Shown: positions 12,331-26,329 of the stretch, piece after piece
Numbering within the stretch: position 1 is the first letter of the stretch
Layout of the letters: each line of letters opens with the position of its first letter
Origin: Chiloscyllium plagiosum
Lineage: Eukaryota
Direction: 5' to 3'
Length of the DNA: 64,000 nt
Assembly: GCF_004010195.1 (NCBI RefSeq)
Contig: NC_057719.1
Location: 67,273,065-67,337,064, forward strand
Notes under the pieces: generated by a model
Told to the model about the DNA's origin: nothing
Databases searched by the model: none
What the model saw: only the letters and a program-made list of their open reading frames with translations
Position numbers and translations under genes: made by a program

Positions 12331-13349
12331 TGTTAGTCAGGCCTGTCTATAATTTTGAATCAGCTTAATGAACGACCCACTCTAGCTTGCCCCAGGTCAA
12401 TGTCTTAGCCACTTGCTTAGAAGAGATCTAAGATGGCAGGATTAGTGCAAGTTTTCAGCAAGTAAGTTACTTGGTGAATTTTAACTGCCTATCTGTCTGG
12501 ATTCTATCAGGCAGGTAGGGATAAAATCACCCATTGGTTCTTGTTATCATGGTGATGAAGATTTTCTTTATTGTACATGTTTTTTTTTATTGGAACATAA
12601 ATGGAACTGAACTGGGTGAAACTTGCAAGCTGGTTAGTTTTGTTTGTAAATTAATCCCTAAAGAAGCACAGCATTATCAGTGATGAAACAGAATTTATAT
12701 GTTTGTCTGAAAAAGTTGGGCCAGGGATCCACAGTGATTTGTTAACATTGCTTTCTGCCTATTTGTCTAAACCTCCAAAAGAAAGCAAAGCTTCCTCTTT
12801 TATATTTAAAGTGATTCCTGACTCATATCTGTAGTTCTTACAAGTTAAAGAGACATTATGTCATGCATTTTTCAGAGCCTTGTTCCTCCAAAGCTTATTA
12901 TGTGTGAGGGTTAGGTTCTGTGTGAACGTTCCAGGGAGAGGAAACTGTGGCTTTGAGCACACATCCTCTGTTTAAAGGGTCCTGGGGTTAACATTTAAGC
13001 AATTATTGTAAAATGGAATTGTTTGGAGTTGTGTTGCAATGATGTTGCCATACACATTCTTTGCTCCCTTTCACCTTGCATGCAAGTGGCACATTACTGT
13101 GGTAGGAAGTGGAAGCCTGAAGTCAGGGACAAATTGGAGTCTTGATGCTGCACTCAGTAGGGAACAATCACACGGGAGTGACTTTCCCTCAATTTGTCTC
13201 CACAGGGCAAGCTGACTATCCAAGTAAGGACAGTGGGTAGGCTATCAAAGCTGGAGGGCCAAAACATTTATGCTTTCCTAGATTTAGTATGATTTGTGTG
13301 AAAAACCTTTGATGGCACATTTTCCATTATTAAAACTCTTAAAATAAAA

Positions 13350-13492
13350 ACAGATTATTTTTGGTCATTGTTGTTCTTTGTGAGACCTGTTTTGCATGCA
13401 CATTACATGCATTATTGTATTATTGTAGTATAGCCTTTGGGAAGTTCTGACATCTTATAAAGGTATTATATAAATGCAAGACTTTCTTTCTT
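13350..13492 (+). mobile_element. DeuSINE 3' remnant
   Basis: Tail aaggtattatataaatgcaagactttctttc as at 7530-7552. Confidence 0.55.
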
Positions 13493-14604
13493 AAACTCTT
13501 TTGCTATGTCATCATTCATGAAATCCTTCCACTTGACATTTTTAAAAAGACCGTCAGTGTTAATCACAGCATGGCACAATAGCCTCCATCTTTCTCCCTT
13601 TTTTTTGAACTCTCTATGCTGCCTTTACAATGTATCTTCTTTACTACTTCAGCATAACACCTGCTGGAGTACCAGGATGACATTTCCATTTCCATTAACA
13701 ATGCTGCTGGCCTCCATGAAAGAAATGAGCAAACACGCTCTGAAAACAATGTGCAGTGGCAATAGCAATTGAAGCTCACTGACACCGTGCAAGGAAGATC
13801 ATCACTATCGAACTGTTTGCACAAATTATTTACTTTCCATGTATAGTAGTTAAGAGGAGATAATAAATAGAAATGTGCATTAGTGTCTGGCCGAGAAACA
13901 TTGATTGTGCTTCATGTAATGCCAGATTGTTTGCTCTTAACATTACTTTCTCTACATCATCATGCATGCAATGCACATACAGTATTTGTTTTCTAACATA
14001 GAGTTTAAAATCAACATGCATATTCTGATGAAGATCTAGTACATGGTTGCCAAATGATATAACATAAACACGGCAGCAAACCGAGAAAAGTGAATTTAGC
14101 TCCCCCCAAAAAAAGTTACTTAATGATACACATTACATGACAGACATTGGGAGTGGACGGTGTACAATATATTAAAACTGCGTCTAGTTAGTGTTGACTT
14201 AACAGACACTTTAATTCACAAGTCTGAAGAGTAAACTGTAATGTAGCCCTTTGAGTCTTTAAATACTTACCATACATCCATGCTTAACCACAAGTCAATG
14301 CAAACTCAGTGGCTTGGTTGAGTAGTCTCCGGTAGACAAAATAAATTGTTCAAAATTTCAGCTGTACAGGCTGCCTAACCATCAGTCCTTAAAAAAATAT
14401 ACTGACATGAATATAGAGTTGGGAACTGCAAGAGTCCTCCTCCCTTACTTTGCGACAGCACAGGAAATTATTCTGTGCCTTTGCTTGGCTTTGTCTCCAC
14501 ACTGCCAAATTCCTCTATTGCAGTTGCTAGCCCTCTCAGGTTGCCTCTTTTCCTCATGATCATTCCACGTCTTTGCTCCAAGGATTTGCTGGCATCATTC
14601 CAGT

Positions 14605-15110
14605 TGATTTGATTTGATCTGATTTGATTTATTATTGTCATGTGTACCTAAATACAATGAAAAGTTTTGTTTTGCATGCAGTACAGGCAGAACATACCAT
14701 ACAAAGATTATAGGGTGATAGAACAGAGCGAGGAATACAAAGTTACGGCTGCAAAGAAGATGCAAGATCAATGTTAGATTTGAAATTTGAGAGGTCCATT
14801 CAGAAGTCTAATAACAGTGGGGAAGAAGCTGTTCTTGAACCTGTTGGTACGTGTGTTTTAAGCTTTTGTATGGAAGAAGTTGGAAGAGTTTATAACCGGG
14901 GTGGGAAAGGTCTTTGATGATGTTAGCCGCCTTTCTGAGGAAACAAAAAGTATAGACGACATTAGTGGATGGATGGTTACATGATTGACTGGGCGGAGTT
15001 CACAACTCTGTGTGGGTTCTTACGGTGTTGGATGGAGCAGTTGCCATACCAAGCTGTGATGCATCCATATAGAATGCTTTCTATGGTGCATCTATAGAAG
15101 TTGGTGAGAG
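14605..15110 (-). mobile_element. Rex1/Babar-type LINE 3' fragment
   Basis: (gattt)n tail and tttattattgtcatgtgtacc; minus strand reads TNFYRCTIESILYGCITAWYGNCS, as in 58560-58640. Confidence 0.85.
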
Positions 15111-16898
15111 TCGCTGCCTGGGAATGTCTATCAAGTGTCTGTAGCCCTGGTGGTCATACTATTGATGAAGACCAAGGCCAACTGTGGGCAGATCCATTCT
15201 GGTGCAGGGATGGTTCCCATAGCTGCATGGCTCACGCTAGTTTCTACACCAATGTGTTACTGAGGATTTCCGCTGCTTTATGAAAGGAGGTAAATGTTGA
15301 AGGGAGCCCAAGGCATAATAAGGAAATCAACTTGAAAGATACAATCTTCAAACTTGGCCTCCCCGGTCCCTTGCTTAAAATGATTTCCCCACATGATAAC
15401 ATTTTCCCTCTTCTTTGCACTAATGGTTAGGTGAACAGACAAGGATCCAGTTGTAGTTGAGATTATCTAGGCACAGACATTTATCAAACTTATCCCAAGA
15501 CCATTTTCACCTAAACACAGCATAGCCATTTCTTAGGAGGTATGATTAAGGTAAAATCATTGACAGACCAATGCATTTGTTCAGCTGGCTATCCTATTCT
15601 GAAAGTCTGTAACTGAATTATTAAAATAAGTTACAAAGAATCACAAAATACATCAATCTAATAGCTACATGTGTAGTTGAACAGGCAAACAAAAATTATA
15701 CACAGTACATAAATGAGCCATAAAACACTTCAATACAACACTGGAAAAGGTTGGTTCAGTCCCCTGTGCCAACTATTTTTCAATGTCAGCAGTCAGTCAT
15801 TTTTTGATAGCCATAAGCAATGGACCTTTGTTTAGTAATGAGAGGGAAATGAGGAAAAATGGCATTAAAAGGGAGTTGATTCCATGTGCAGTTTTATATA
15901 TCAGGTACCACTTAATATTTGGCTCAGAGCAGATTGACAGATGTGCTGCACCATGAGGGGAGATGATATTCAGATATTTGATATTCAACTGTTACAACAA
16001 TTTATAAGAAACTTAGTCCTGTTATTGTGTTGGAAATTCTGGAAGAGTTGGGCTGCTCTTCATTACCTAAAAGGGGTTTTTGAAGTCTGACGTCGTTTTA
16101 ATATCACTGTTTATTCAACATTGTATGAACTATTTACATTCTTAGATTTAGCAGGAACATTTTTTTCCTTTTGAGTCTCTCCATTATAAGATATCTCACT
16201 TCCTTCCTAACAGAGTTTATTTACACATTCAAGTATTAACCCTTTACTCTAAAATAATGAGTAGCATAAGAATATAAGAAATAGGAGCAGGGCCAAGCCA
16301 TTTCCTTGCTTCTCCAATGGGAGTATTGTCCAATTCACCACATCGCAGTTTAGGAAGAGTAAATGCTTCGGAGTGGGTACTGAAGAGACTTACTAGAATG
16401 GTTCCAGTTATGAAGGATTATAGTTATGTGGATACATTGTGGAAGTTCGGCTTCTTTTCCTCAGTAAGATTGTAGCTGATCTGATTCTGAGCTTAACTCT
16501 ACTTTCCTGTCCGTCCATCATCACCCATAACTCACATGTAAATTAAAAGTCTGCCTAACTCTGCTGTGAAAATATTTAATGACCCAACCTCAACTGCTCT
16601 CCAAGGGAGAAAATTCCAAAGATGAATAACTGAGAGAGAAGATCCCAGGAGTGTCAGAGTCTGAGGGGTGACCTCATAGAGGTTTATAAAATCATGAGGG
16701 GCATTGATAGGATAAATAGACAAAGTCTCTTCCCTGGGCTGGAGGAGTGCAGAACTAGAGGGTATAGATTTAGGGTGAGAGGGGAAAGATATAAAAGAGA
16801 CCTAAGGGGTAACCTTTTCACGCAGAGGGTGGTACATGTATGGAATGAGCTGCCAGGGGAACTGGTGGAGGCTGGTACAATTGCAACATTTAAAAGGT

Positions 16899-16994
16899 TG
16901 AAACTTTATTGCTGGAACAGCACAGCAGGTCAGGCAGCATCCAGGGAACAGGAGATTCGACGTTTCAGGCACAGGCCCTTCTTCAGGAATGAAG
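16899..16994 (-). mobile_element. 96-nt hammerhead-bearing PLE-derived mini-insertion
   Basis: 14-bp TSD aacatttaaaaggt at 16885-16898 / 16995-17008; near-identical to 62292-62380. Confidence 0.85.
16955..16990 (-). ncRNA. Minimal type I hammerhead ribozyme motif
   Basis: Minus strand: ATTC-CTGAAGA-AGGGC CTGT GCCT-GAAACGTC-GAAT; stem I ATTC/GAAT, GUC cleavage triplet, stem III reduced to palindromic ACGU. Confidence 0.7.
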
Positions 16995-18222
16995 AACATT
17001 TAAAAGGTATCTGGATGTGTATAACAATAGAAAAGGTTTGGAGGGATATGGACCACGTGCTGGCAGGTGGAACTAGATTGGGTTGGGATATCTGGTTGGC
17101 ATGGATGAGTTGGACTGAAGGGTCTGTTTCCGTGCTGTACATCTCTATGACTCTATGTTCTTCCTTGTCTCCATCTTACATATGGGAGACATTTAAAATG
17201 GTACCTCATAGTTCTTGATGTTTTATGTTTCAATTATGTACTCTATATCATATTTGTTTGCCATTTCAGATGTACAGGTACCTACTAGATAGATAAATTT
17301 TATCACTCTTTATAAACCATTTGATAATCTATGAGCAGAAACATCCAAAAGCATCCACTCCATCAAGCCCCCTCAGAATAAATCACATCAATACAGTCAC
17401 TTCTCATTCGCCTAAACACCAATCAGTGAATGCACAACCTGCTCAACCTTTGCCCATAAGACAACCCTTCAACCCTGAGTAGTATAGCAAAAATAATTGT
17501 ACTTATTTGAATGATCCCATCTTCAGCAAATTAAAATACCAGAATAAGAATACATCTGGCAGATTAAAAAGCAGCAGTACAAAGATAACTTCTATAAAAT
17601 TAAAGTATCCAAAAAATTGCAGCTGACCGAACTCATGCGGTAAATAATTGCTGCATTCAGACAAGAACCACTGCTGTATGACAGAGCTTTACTGAGAGTG
17701 TGGTGAGTATGTAGAACTTGTCACCACATGGAATGATTCAGATGAATTCCATTGATGCAATTCAGAGGAAACTAGATAAACATATGGAAGAGAAAGGAAT
17801 AGAAGGAAATAACGATATGGTTCAATAAAGTAAATGGGAGGATGTCTCTGTTGATCACAAACACAGACATGGGCCTATTGATCCACAGGACCTGTTCTGC
17901 ACTATAAATTCTTTGTAATTGTATGTAATTTTGTGCAATCCTGCTCTCTGCTAGTATTTCTATGTATGACAATGACCAATCAGAGGAGTTCAGGCAAGAA
18001 CAAAAGGAGCCCTGTGCACACATGCATAAACATATTCAGAGTTCTGTTCCCTGGGTAGGTCATTTTTAATGGTTAAACAAAGTGTGGGTGGGAGCATTGC
18101 CTTGCTCAGAACATTAAAAATGTAAAAAATCAAGTTTGGAAAATTCCCAGGAGGTTCAGCAGACCATTAATAATTTATTAATAGGGCTGGAAAAATATAT
18201 AAGCAGAAAGTAATGGAGAAAC

Positions 18223-18546
18223 AGGGCGGCGCGGTGGCTCAGTTGTTAGCCTCACAGGGCCAGGGACCCGGGTTCAACTCCCCCCTTGGGCAACTGGCTA
18301 TGTGGAGTTTGCATATTCTCCCCGTGTCTACGTGTTTCCTCCGGGTGCTCCGGTTTCCTCCCACAGTCCAACGATGTGCAAGTTAGGTGAATTGGCAATG
18401 CTAAATTGTCTGTAGTGCTAGATGCATTAGTCAGGGGTAAATGTGGGGGTCTGGGTCTGGGTGGGCTACTCTTTGGAGGGTCGGTGTGGACTTGTTGGGC
18501 CAAAGGGTCTGTTTCCACACTGTAAGGAATCAAATCTTATCTAATC
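18223..18546 (+). mobile_element. HE1-type V-SINE
   Basis: Head, V-core and tail as at 212-521. Confidence 0.92.
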
Positions 18547-18626
18547 AAACTCAGCAGTTTTGGCAACATCTCTGGAGACAGAAACAGAATTAATGTTTTG
18601 AGTCCAATATGGCTATTTCAGAACTC
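18547..18626 (-). mobile_element. Old Penelope pLTR fragment (family E)
   Basis: ctcagcag..ggcaacatctctggagacagaaacagaattaatgttttgagtc..ttcagaac; related to 62490-62580. Confidence 0.55.
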
Positions 18627-20564
18627 TTGAAATTATTCTACATTAAGTGTAAATCCTAAGAAGTGTGGAAGTAAGCAATAGAAATGATTTCAAGTTTTGG
18701 TTTTGGATACTTTATGGATTGCTGGCATATACAGTGCAAAAACTGGATTAGCATCTCTGATTGGATAGAGGGTTCATCATCACTTTCCCTTGCCAGTTGG
18801 ACAGACCTTTTCCCAGAATGCATGATTCTTGACTATCAATCAAATTAGTTCTTCTGCCATCAGCAATATTTTCATAACTAATAAATGAAAGTGCTCAAAG
18901 AACATGAAAGAACTGTTTGGTAATGCTTCTATGATTTCTCCTTGTAATAGTGTCCAGCAGATTAATCTATAACTCTTGGAAAGACCAGTAACATTCTGGC
19001 TGAGGAGTTTAGGTGGGGGTTTGCGCTGGGAACGAATGTGATAGTGTATTAATGGCCTAATGCACCTAATGTGGAGCTATTAATAACTGGCTCTTTATGT
19101 TACAACCTTCCAGCCACTTTACAGCCACATTCCAAGGAAAGTGTGCAGGAAAGGAACCTTTTCTGAAGTGAATCTCTAGCTCCAATATGTGGCCAAATTT
19201 GGAAGTTCACCATTATTTAAACAACTCTTGCACTGTATACCAGAGTAGAAGCAGAAGCCCTTAAAACAAGATTGCTTTCACAAATTTAATAAATGATGAT
19301 AAGGTTTTTTTTAAACAAACACATTTTTGAAACCTTTTATTAAAATATATAACTATCAAAATATACCTTTGTAATGGACTGGGTGTAATATTTAAAAACC
19401 ACTGAATATTGTAATCAATCACTAGCTGACTTACTGCAGTGAACTCCAAAATTTGATATTATTCAATGTATATTTTTAATTCAAATAGAGTGTTTTAAAA
19501 TTAACACTGCATTGCACATACTTGTATTTTAATAATGACACCTACCTGATGTAAAATAGACAATTGGAAAAAGTAATATTAAGATAATGAACTATTAAGC
19601 AAGGGACAGTTATAGATTTTGAAATTTTGCTTTGTTCCAAAGAAGGATTGACAGAACTATACCACAAGAATTTAAATTGGTGGTGGATAGCCTACTGTAG
19701 AATAAAACTCAGGTTGCTAATTGCAGAAGGGTACTGATGCAATGGAACAGATGAAAAGATTTGATCCAGGATGAACTATTTGGATTAACTTTGTTTATTG
19801 CCCTATATTTGTTTTTTAAGCCATTCACTGGAAAGAATCCTTCAAAGGGACTCAAGTTCACATTGGATGCAGGCAGGAAACCAAATGGTGGGAATACCAG
19901 GCAACCATTGCTGCTGCATGCTTAACATTCTACTTCGTGATCCTTGAGGCCTATCCAGCGAACCGTATCCTATGTGTTTAGAGGACACAAAAGTTATTTA
20001 CATAGTGTGAGGTCAGTTCACCTGGCATAGAGGCAGCATCTAATGGGCAGCAATTCTGATCTCTGTGAACTGGTACTGTGTTATCATCTCAAGGGCTTCT
20101 TGCCTGGTGAATCTCTTGTAAAATGGAAGTAATGCACGTTTTAGTTAATAAATGCATTCACATCAGGCAGTGCTATGTCAGGCAAAAGGACATCACTGGC
20201 TGACATAATGTAGTGATCCAATTCTTTTCTTGTAAGATCTGTGCACAATTTATGACAATTAAAATACCAAGTGCTTTCAGAAACTTGTCTATGCTCTTTT
20301 TGAAATCATTTAAAGGGCACAACATTAATGAAAAGTTGAAGGGAAGGAGCTGAGGGAGGGAATTAATGGATCAGATGCTCTGATTTTGATTTGATTGAGT
20401 TATTAAATATGTCTCACAAGTTTTGCAACTCCAGGTTCTGCAGAAGATACATGCAATCCTGCAGGGTGTCATTGGAAGCTTATTACCGAAAGGGTTAATG
20501 CAGAAATGGAATTTCGAGGAGCCGGTATGTACTTAGCAGTGATGCATATTGCATATTGCAAATA

Positions 20565-21650
20565 GAACATAAAACATAGAACAGTACAGCACATGAAACA
20601 GGACCTTTGGTCAACCATGTCTGTGCCGACCATGCTGTTATTCTAAACAAATCTCATCTGCCTGTGCATGATCTGTATCCCTGCCTGTTCATGTGTCTGA
20701 CTAAATTCCTCTTAAACAATGCTATTATATCTGCTTCTACCATCTCCCCAGGCAGTGTCATCTACCACCTTCTGTGTAAAAAAACTTTCCTCTGACATCT
20801 GCTTTAAACTTGCCACCCTCACCTTAAATCTACCCCCCTGATATTTTCAACCTTGGAAAAAGACTCTGACTATCCACCGTATCCATACTTCTCATTATTT
20901 AAAATGCTACAATCAGGTGGCTTCTCAACCTCCAAACTTCTAGTGAAAACAATCCAAGTTTGTCAAACCTCTCCTTATACCTAATACATTCTAATCCAGG
21001 CAACATCCTGGTAAACACCTTTTGCACCATCTCCAAGGCCTCCACATCCTTCCTACAGTGTGAAGACCAGAACAGCACGTAAAACTCCAAATATGGCCGA
21101 ACAAAAGTCTTATACAATTGCAACATAACTTGCCAACTTTTATACTCAGTGCCTTGATCAATGAAGGCAAGCATGCCATATGCCTTGTTTATTACCTTAC
21201 CCACTTTTATTGCCATTTCCAGGGAGCAATAGACTTGGACCCCAAGATTCCTCTGTTTAACAATGCACCTAAGGGTCATAGCAATTACAATATACTTTCC
21301 TCTTGCATTTGACCTCCCAAAATGCATCATCTCACACTTATCCAGATTAGATTCCATCTGTCATTTCTCTACACAACTTTCCTATATCCTGCTACATCCT
21401 TTGACAAACTTCCTTGCTAGCTACAACTCCACCAATTTTCATGTCATCGGCAAACTTACTAATTGGACTACCTACATTTTCATCCAAATCATTTAAACAT
21501 GTTATAAACAACAGAGATCCCAGCACTGATCCTTGTGGAACACCACTGGTCACTGACGTCCTATCTGAAAAAACACCCTTCCACAACTACCTTTCGTCTA
21601 CTATGACCAAGCCAATTTTATATCCAACTTACCAACTCACTGTGGATCTC
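20565..21650 (-). mobile_element. CR1 LINE, RT to 3' end
   Basis: VTSGVPQGSVLGSLLF..ISKFADDMKIGG (21392-21586); KCEMMHFGRSN..RPYLEF..FTRMLPGL (20899-21357). Confidence 0.92.
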
Positions 21651-22649
21651 AGGTTTAATGATACATCGCTGGAATTATGGCTGGGCATATAAGGAGATAT
21701 AGATGATTCCAATCAATGGGAATTGGAAACCTGAAATTGTCACTAAAAAGGCTGAGGATATGAGCAGAAGGAACATGGTCCACGTTCTTAGATAAAGTGC
21801 AGGAAGAGGTTAAAAGATCTGACCAGATCAGGAAAGCTTTGAGTATATTAAAGATACACTTGCCTCACCACCTTATTAGCTAATGCCCATCCTAATAATT
21901 AACACACTCTCATAAGTACATTACTTGTATGTAGCCAAATTCAGCTCCATAAAAACCTCATTGCAACAAACCTGTTCTTTGGGGTTAAATATCGCCTCAA
22001 CTTGTTCAAACACCTACATTGTTAATTTTCTCCATTCATTGATTTTTTTTCTCTATAAATAAAAATTGTAAATTCTCATTGTTTTAGTTTTCATTGTTAC
22101 CTGGTTTGAAATTATAAGCAAAAGAAAACCTTGCCTGTATTCAAATTTCAAAGCTTGTTTTTATATTCAAAATTTGCATCAAGTCTCCAATCTTGAAAGA
22201 ATAGCTCCCATAATGGGTTCATCACAAACCTAAGAGGAGACACAAAGAATACGGAAAAACACATTTCTGCTACATTACAGAAGAGTAAAGAAGGACATTT
22301 CATTCACAACAAGCATGTTAAAAAAAAACACTTCACCATGAGAACGCTGTAAGAAATTGTTCCAGTTCTTGAATTATTAAAAGGTTTCTTATAGTTAGTA
22401 CTTAAAATGAACTGATGACATACAGGTAATGTATAATGGAATCTAATCTGTCCCAGTTACAATCAAAGATGCTTGTAAAATAGAAGGAAGCTATTAATTT
22501 CATCATATCAAATCAAAATGAATTCTACTCTGCTATTCCTTTTAAATTAATTTTTTTTTGCTTTGCACAACCATCCATATTTTCCAAAGCTCCAAAGTAT
22601 TGTCTTCCAATGGATCTCCCTGATCTCTTAGTGATATGTTTTTAAAAAG

Positions 22650-23660
22650 TGATTCTTTCTTGGAATGTAGGTATCACTGGCAGGGTCAGAATTTGTTGCC
22701 CTTCCCTAATTTTCCCTTGGAGTGAACAGCTTGCTATGGCAATTCAGAGAGCAGTTCAGAGTCAATCTCATTGTGAATCATTGAATTACAGGACAGAATC
22801 ATAGGATCATACAGTACAGAAGAGGCTGTTTGGCCCATCGACTCTGTGCTGCCACAAAAATGCTACTATCCACTCTACCACTTTCCTGGACTAGGCCAAT
22901 AGCTTTGACTGTTATGACAACCTGAGTGTTCGTCCAAAATAGTTTTTGAAGGTTGCGAATTTACCCACCTCAATTAATCTCCCAAGCAGTGCATTCCAGA
23001 TGCCTATTACCATCTGGGTGAAAACATGAGTCCTCAAATACCCTCTATACTTCCTGCCTTTCACTTTGAAAGTGTATCCCTAGTTTTTTTTTCTTTGACT
23101 AAGGGGAACAGCTGCTTTCTATCTACTCAATCTGTGCCCCTTACAATCTCTGCACCTCTATCTGGTCTCCTTTGGTCCTTCTTTGGTTTAAAGAAAGGAA
23201 CCCAGGCTGATCCAGAATCTTTTCATAGCTGAAATGTTGAAATCTCAGGCAATATCCAGGTGAACCTTTCTGCACCCTCTCCAGTGCAATCACATCCTTC
23301 CTATAGTGTGGTGACCAGAACTGCATACAGTACTCCAACTCTGATCTAACCAAAGTTTTACACTACTCCGACGTAACCTCCCTGCTCTTATAATCTATGC
23401 CTCGGCTGAGAAAAGCAAGCATCCTGTATACCTTCTTAACTACCCTATTAACCTATCTGCCATCTTCAGAGATCTGTGCACCGGCACCATAAGATCTCTC
23501 TGTTCTGAGCTTCCTGGTGTCCTGCCATTTATTGAATGTGGAATCACATGTAAGTCAGATCAGGTAAGGATAACAGATTTCTTCCCTAAAGGATATTAGT
23601 GAACCAGATGCATTTTTACAGTAATCGATAAATGTTTAATGGCATTTGAGTTTATTGAGA
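22650..23660 (-). mobile_element. tRNA-LINE-derived SINE split by a CR1 3' fragment (about 22795-23535, minus strand)
   Basis: SINE tail at 22650-22780 resumes at 23537 (ggaatcacatgtaagtcagatcaggtaagga); CR1 VRSELEYCMQFWSPHYRKDVIALERVQK lies between. Confidence 0.75.
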
Positions 23661-23689
23661 TTAGCTCTAAACCCCAAAGCAACTGTAGA

Positions 23690-24545
23690 CGCATATAAAA
23701 TAGGAACAGGAGTAAGCCTTTCAGTCTTTTGAGGCCATGCAATGCATCAAAGCTGGTCATCCAATTCATACCCTGCATCAACTTTATCCCTATACCCTTT
23801 GATCCCTTTAGTCCTAAGGACGAACCCCTTCTCAAAACCATTCAATGATGTGGCCCCAGTTGCTTTCTGTGACAGGGAATTTCACAGACTCACTACTATC
23901 TGGGTGAAGAAATTTATCTTCGTCTCAATCCTAAAGTGCCTATCCTTATAATCTTAAAATAGGAGCCCTGATTCTAGACTCTTTGTTCAACAAGAACACT
24001 CTTTCTGACTTTACCCTGTCTAGTCCAACTAGAATTTTATATAGTGTATGTAGTCCTAACTGATCCAGTATCACTTAACATGTTAGTTGTGCCAAACATT
24101 GGTTTATAATCCCAGGGATCAACCTGGTAAACCTGTGATGCATTCCCTTCATAGCCAGAACATCCTTCCTCAGGTAAGGAGACCAAAACTGCACACAGTA
24201 CACGAGGGAGCTGTACATTTGCAGCAAGATATCTCTGCTTCTGGACTTGAATCTTCATGCTAGGAAGGTCAACATACCATTTGCCTTCTCCATGGCTCGT
24301 GGCACCTACATGCTTATTTTCAGTGACTAGTGTATCAGAACACCCAAGCCTTGTTGCAACTGCCCCTTTCCCAATCTGTTGACATTGAGGTAATAATCAC
24401 CTTCTTGCTATCAAAGTATATAAACAGACATTTATCCACATTGTACTTCATCTGTAATGCATTTTCCAACTTACTCAAATTGTCCAAATCACACTGAAGT
24501 ATCTCTGCATCCTTCTCACAGTTGACTGTCCCATCCATCTTTGTT
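23690..24545 (-). mobile_element. CR1 LINE 3' fragment, decayed
   Basis: TKMDGTVNCEKDAEILQCDLDNLSK..QMKYNVDKC (24335-24631) and a CR1 3' UTR. Confidence 0.85.
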
Positions 24546-26149
24546 TTGTTTCCAAGTAACATAGTCTCTATCCCATCAATCCCCCAGTAAAATAGAAAAT
24601 GAGTGTCCCCATACCATCGTCTCACCTCCACTTTGTCATTGATTCTTGAAGCAGTGGAAGTAATCTTTTTCTATTTACTATAGCAATTTTAAACAAATAA
24701 ATTAAAATTCCTTTCAGCCTTCATTGTGGAAATATTGAGTCTCAATATTGCAATAGAACTGTCCTCTTTGCTGTAATTCCTAATTCTGACATCACCTAAG
24801 TGATCCCTTTAAAATCCTGTCTATAGTGGAACACCCAAAACCACAAACTGACTGTGGGATAACCAATGTTTAGCATAAATTCATGATTACATTTTTATTC
24901 TCGTCCACTTTTAGAATACCAACATTCGACTGGCACTTTTTTATGGATTTATCTACCCTCACTGGATTTTAAACATTTATCTTCATGTTTCTCTCATTGT
25001 ACTGAATAAACCCAACTCCTTTAACCATGTACCATGGAAGAGGGTCATTGACCTAGTCTGAAAGCTAGCAAAACGGTACCATTTACACCAGTCTGCATAT
25101 TGTCAATCAGTTTAATGCAGGCATGTCATTTCATCTGAAATGACACAAAAGATTCATCCAAGCATGCATAGCTTGTAAGGACTGGAAAGTCAGATTAGCC
25201 TGTTAAACACAGCTCAACCTCCCCTCAGGATGATTGTAGTTTACTGATTTTCCATTAGAGTACTTCCTACAATTGCACAGTAACACTGCTCTGCACAACA
25301 GATGTGTCACTTGTGATTCAATCACACTTTCTGCTGCCAGCCTTTGAAGAAGTGAATTACAACATTTGTATTCTGAGATTCTCTACTTCGCCACTTCAAC
25401 ATACCTAAAAAAAATGGTATCATGAAGTGCAGCTTTGTAACTGCAAATCTAAAAAAGGCCCAAAGGCTGAAACTTGAACTTGTGTTAGGAATGGAAGGCA
25501 ACTACCTACCCTGCTTCCAGGAAGAAATTTAAAAAGGATAAATCTCCTTACAAAGCACTGAAATGTCGATTTGGAAGGTGATGAAGGTTTAGCTCTTATG
25601 GGATCTTAACAGACATTTATGATCTAGATCATCTCCTTTCACTAAGGAATAAGGAAATGGAAAAATATGAAGTACTTTAACACATTTACTTCATTAAGAA
25701 TTCAATTTTATTTGACTGGTACTGAAAATTGAATGAGAAACCTATAAATACAAAAGGTAACCAATTAGGGGGATTTGGGTTACACACCACATTTGTGCTG
25801 TTTTCTGGGTCAGATTTAAAGATCACAGTATTATTCTATAGCACTCTGCAAAAAGCAAGTCACAATTTTAATTTTGCATTATCACTTTGAGGGTTTAAAA
25901 ATAGGAAATTGTCCTCTAAAATTTAATTCTGTTGAAAGAAATGAAATAACAATTGTATTTAAAATGTATGGGCTGTGATTCTGGCAATTACACTTAGAAA
26001 TTAGCATACTGTACCTCATACTATGAGAGGATACAGACTCAGGAAATCATGTAATTTCCCCCAGGCTGGAAAGTTAATTGTTGTGCAGGTATCTTCCCGC
26101 CACACACCATCCCTTTTACCCAGAATCTGGACATGCTAATTAACCATTG

Positions 26150-26310
26150 GAGACAATGTTTAAAAGAGACTTAGATAAATACATGAATACAAAAGATTTG
26201 GAGGATATGGGCCAGAAGCTGGCAGGTGGGACTAGTTTAGTTTGGGATTATGTTTGGCATGGATTAGTTGGACTGAAGAGTCTGTTTCTGTGCTGTGTGA
26301 CTCTATGATA
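26150..26310 (+). mobile_element. CR1 3' terminal fragment
   Basis: ggactgaagagtctgtttctgtgctgtgtgactctatga tail. Confidence 0.75.
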
Positions 26311-26329
26311 ATGTAGATCAGCCAGCAGA

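Larger units (their letters stand above)
16645..17157 (+). mobile_element. Relatively young CR1 (HER1-like) 3' fragment nested in older CR1 pieces (16265-17470)
   Basis: LRGDLIEVYKIMRGIDRIN..RTRGYRFRVRGERYKRDLRGNLFTQRVVHVWNELP; tail tctatgactctatg. Confidence 0.92.

Noticed and set aside
10930..12532. Harbinger MITE bracketing the CR1 (gataaaatcaccc end)
   Set aside because: Only one plausible TIR; partner TIR and TSD not identifiable
13506..13824. Coding exon after ttctttactacttcag
   Set aside because: No recognisable peptide in any frame and no convincing donor site
16694..17218. One of the two longest ORFs (174 aa) as a gene
   Set aside because: Chimera of a CR1 ORF2 C-terminus and the antisense PLE mini-insertion
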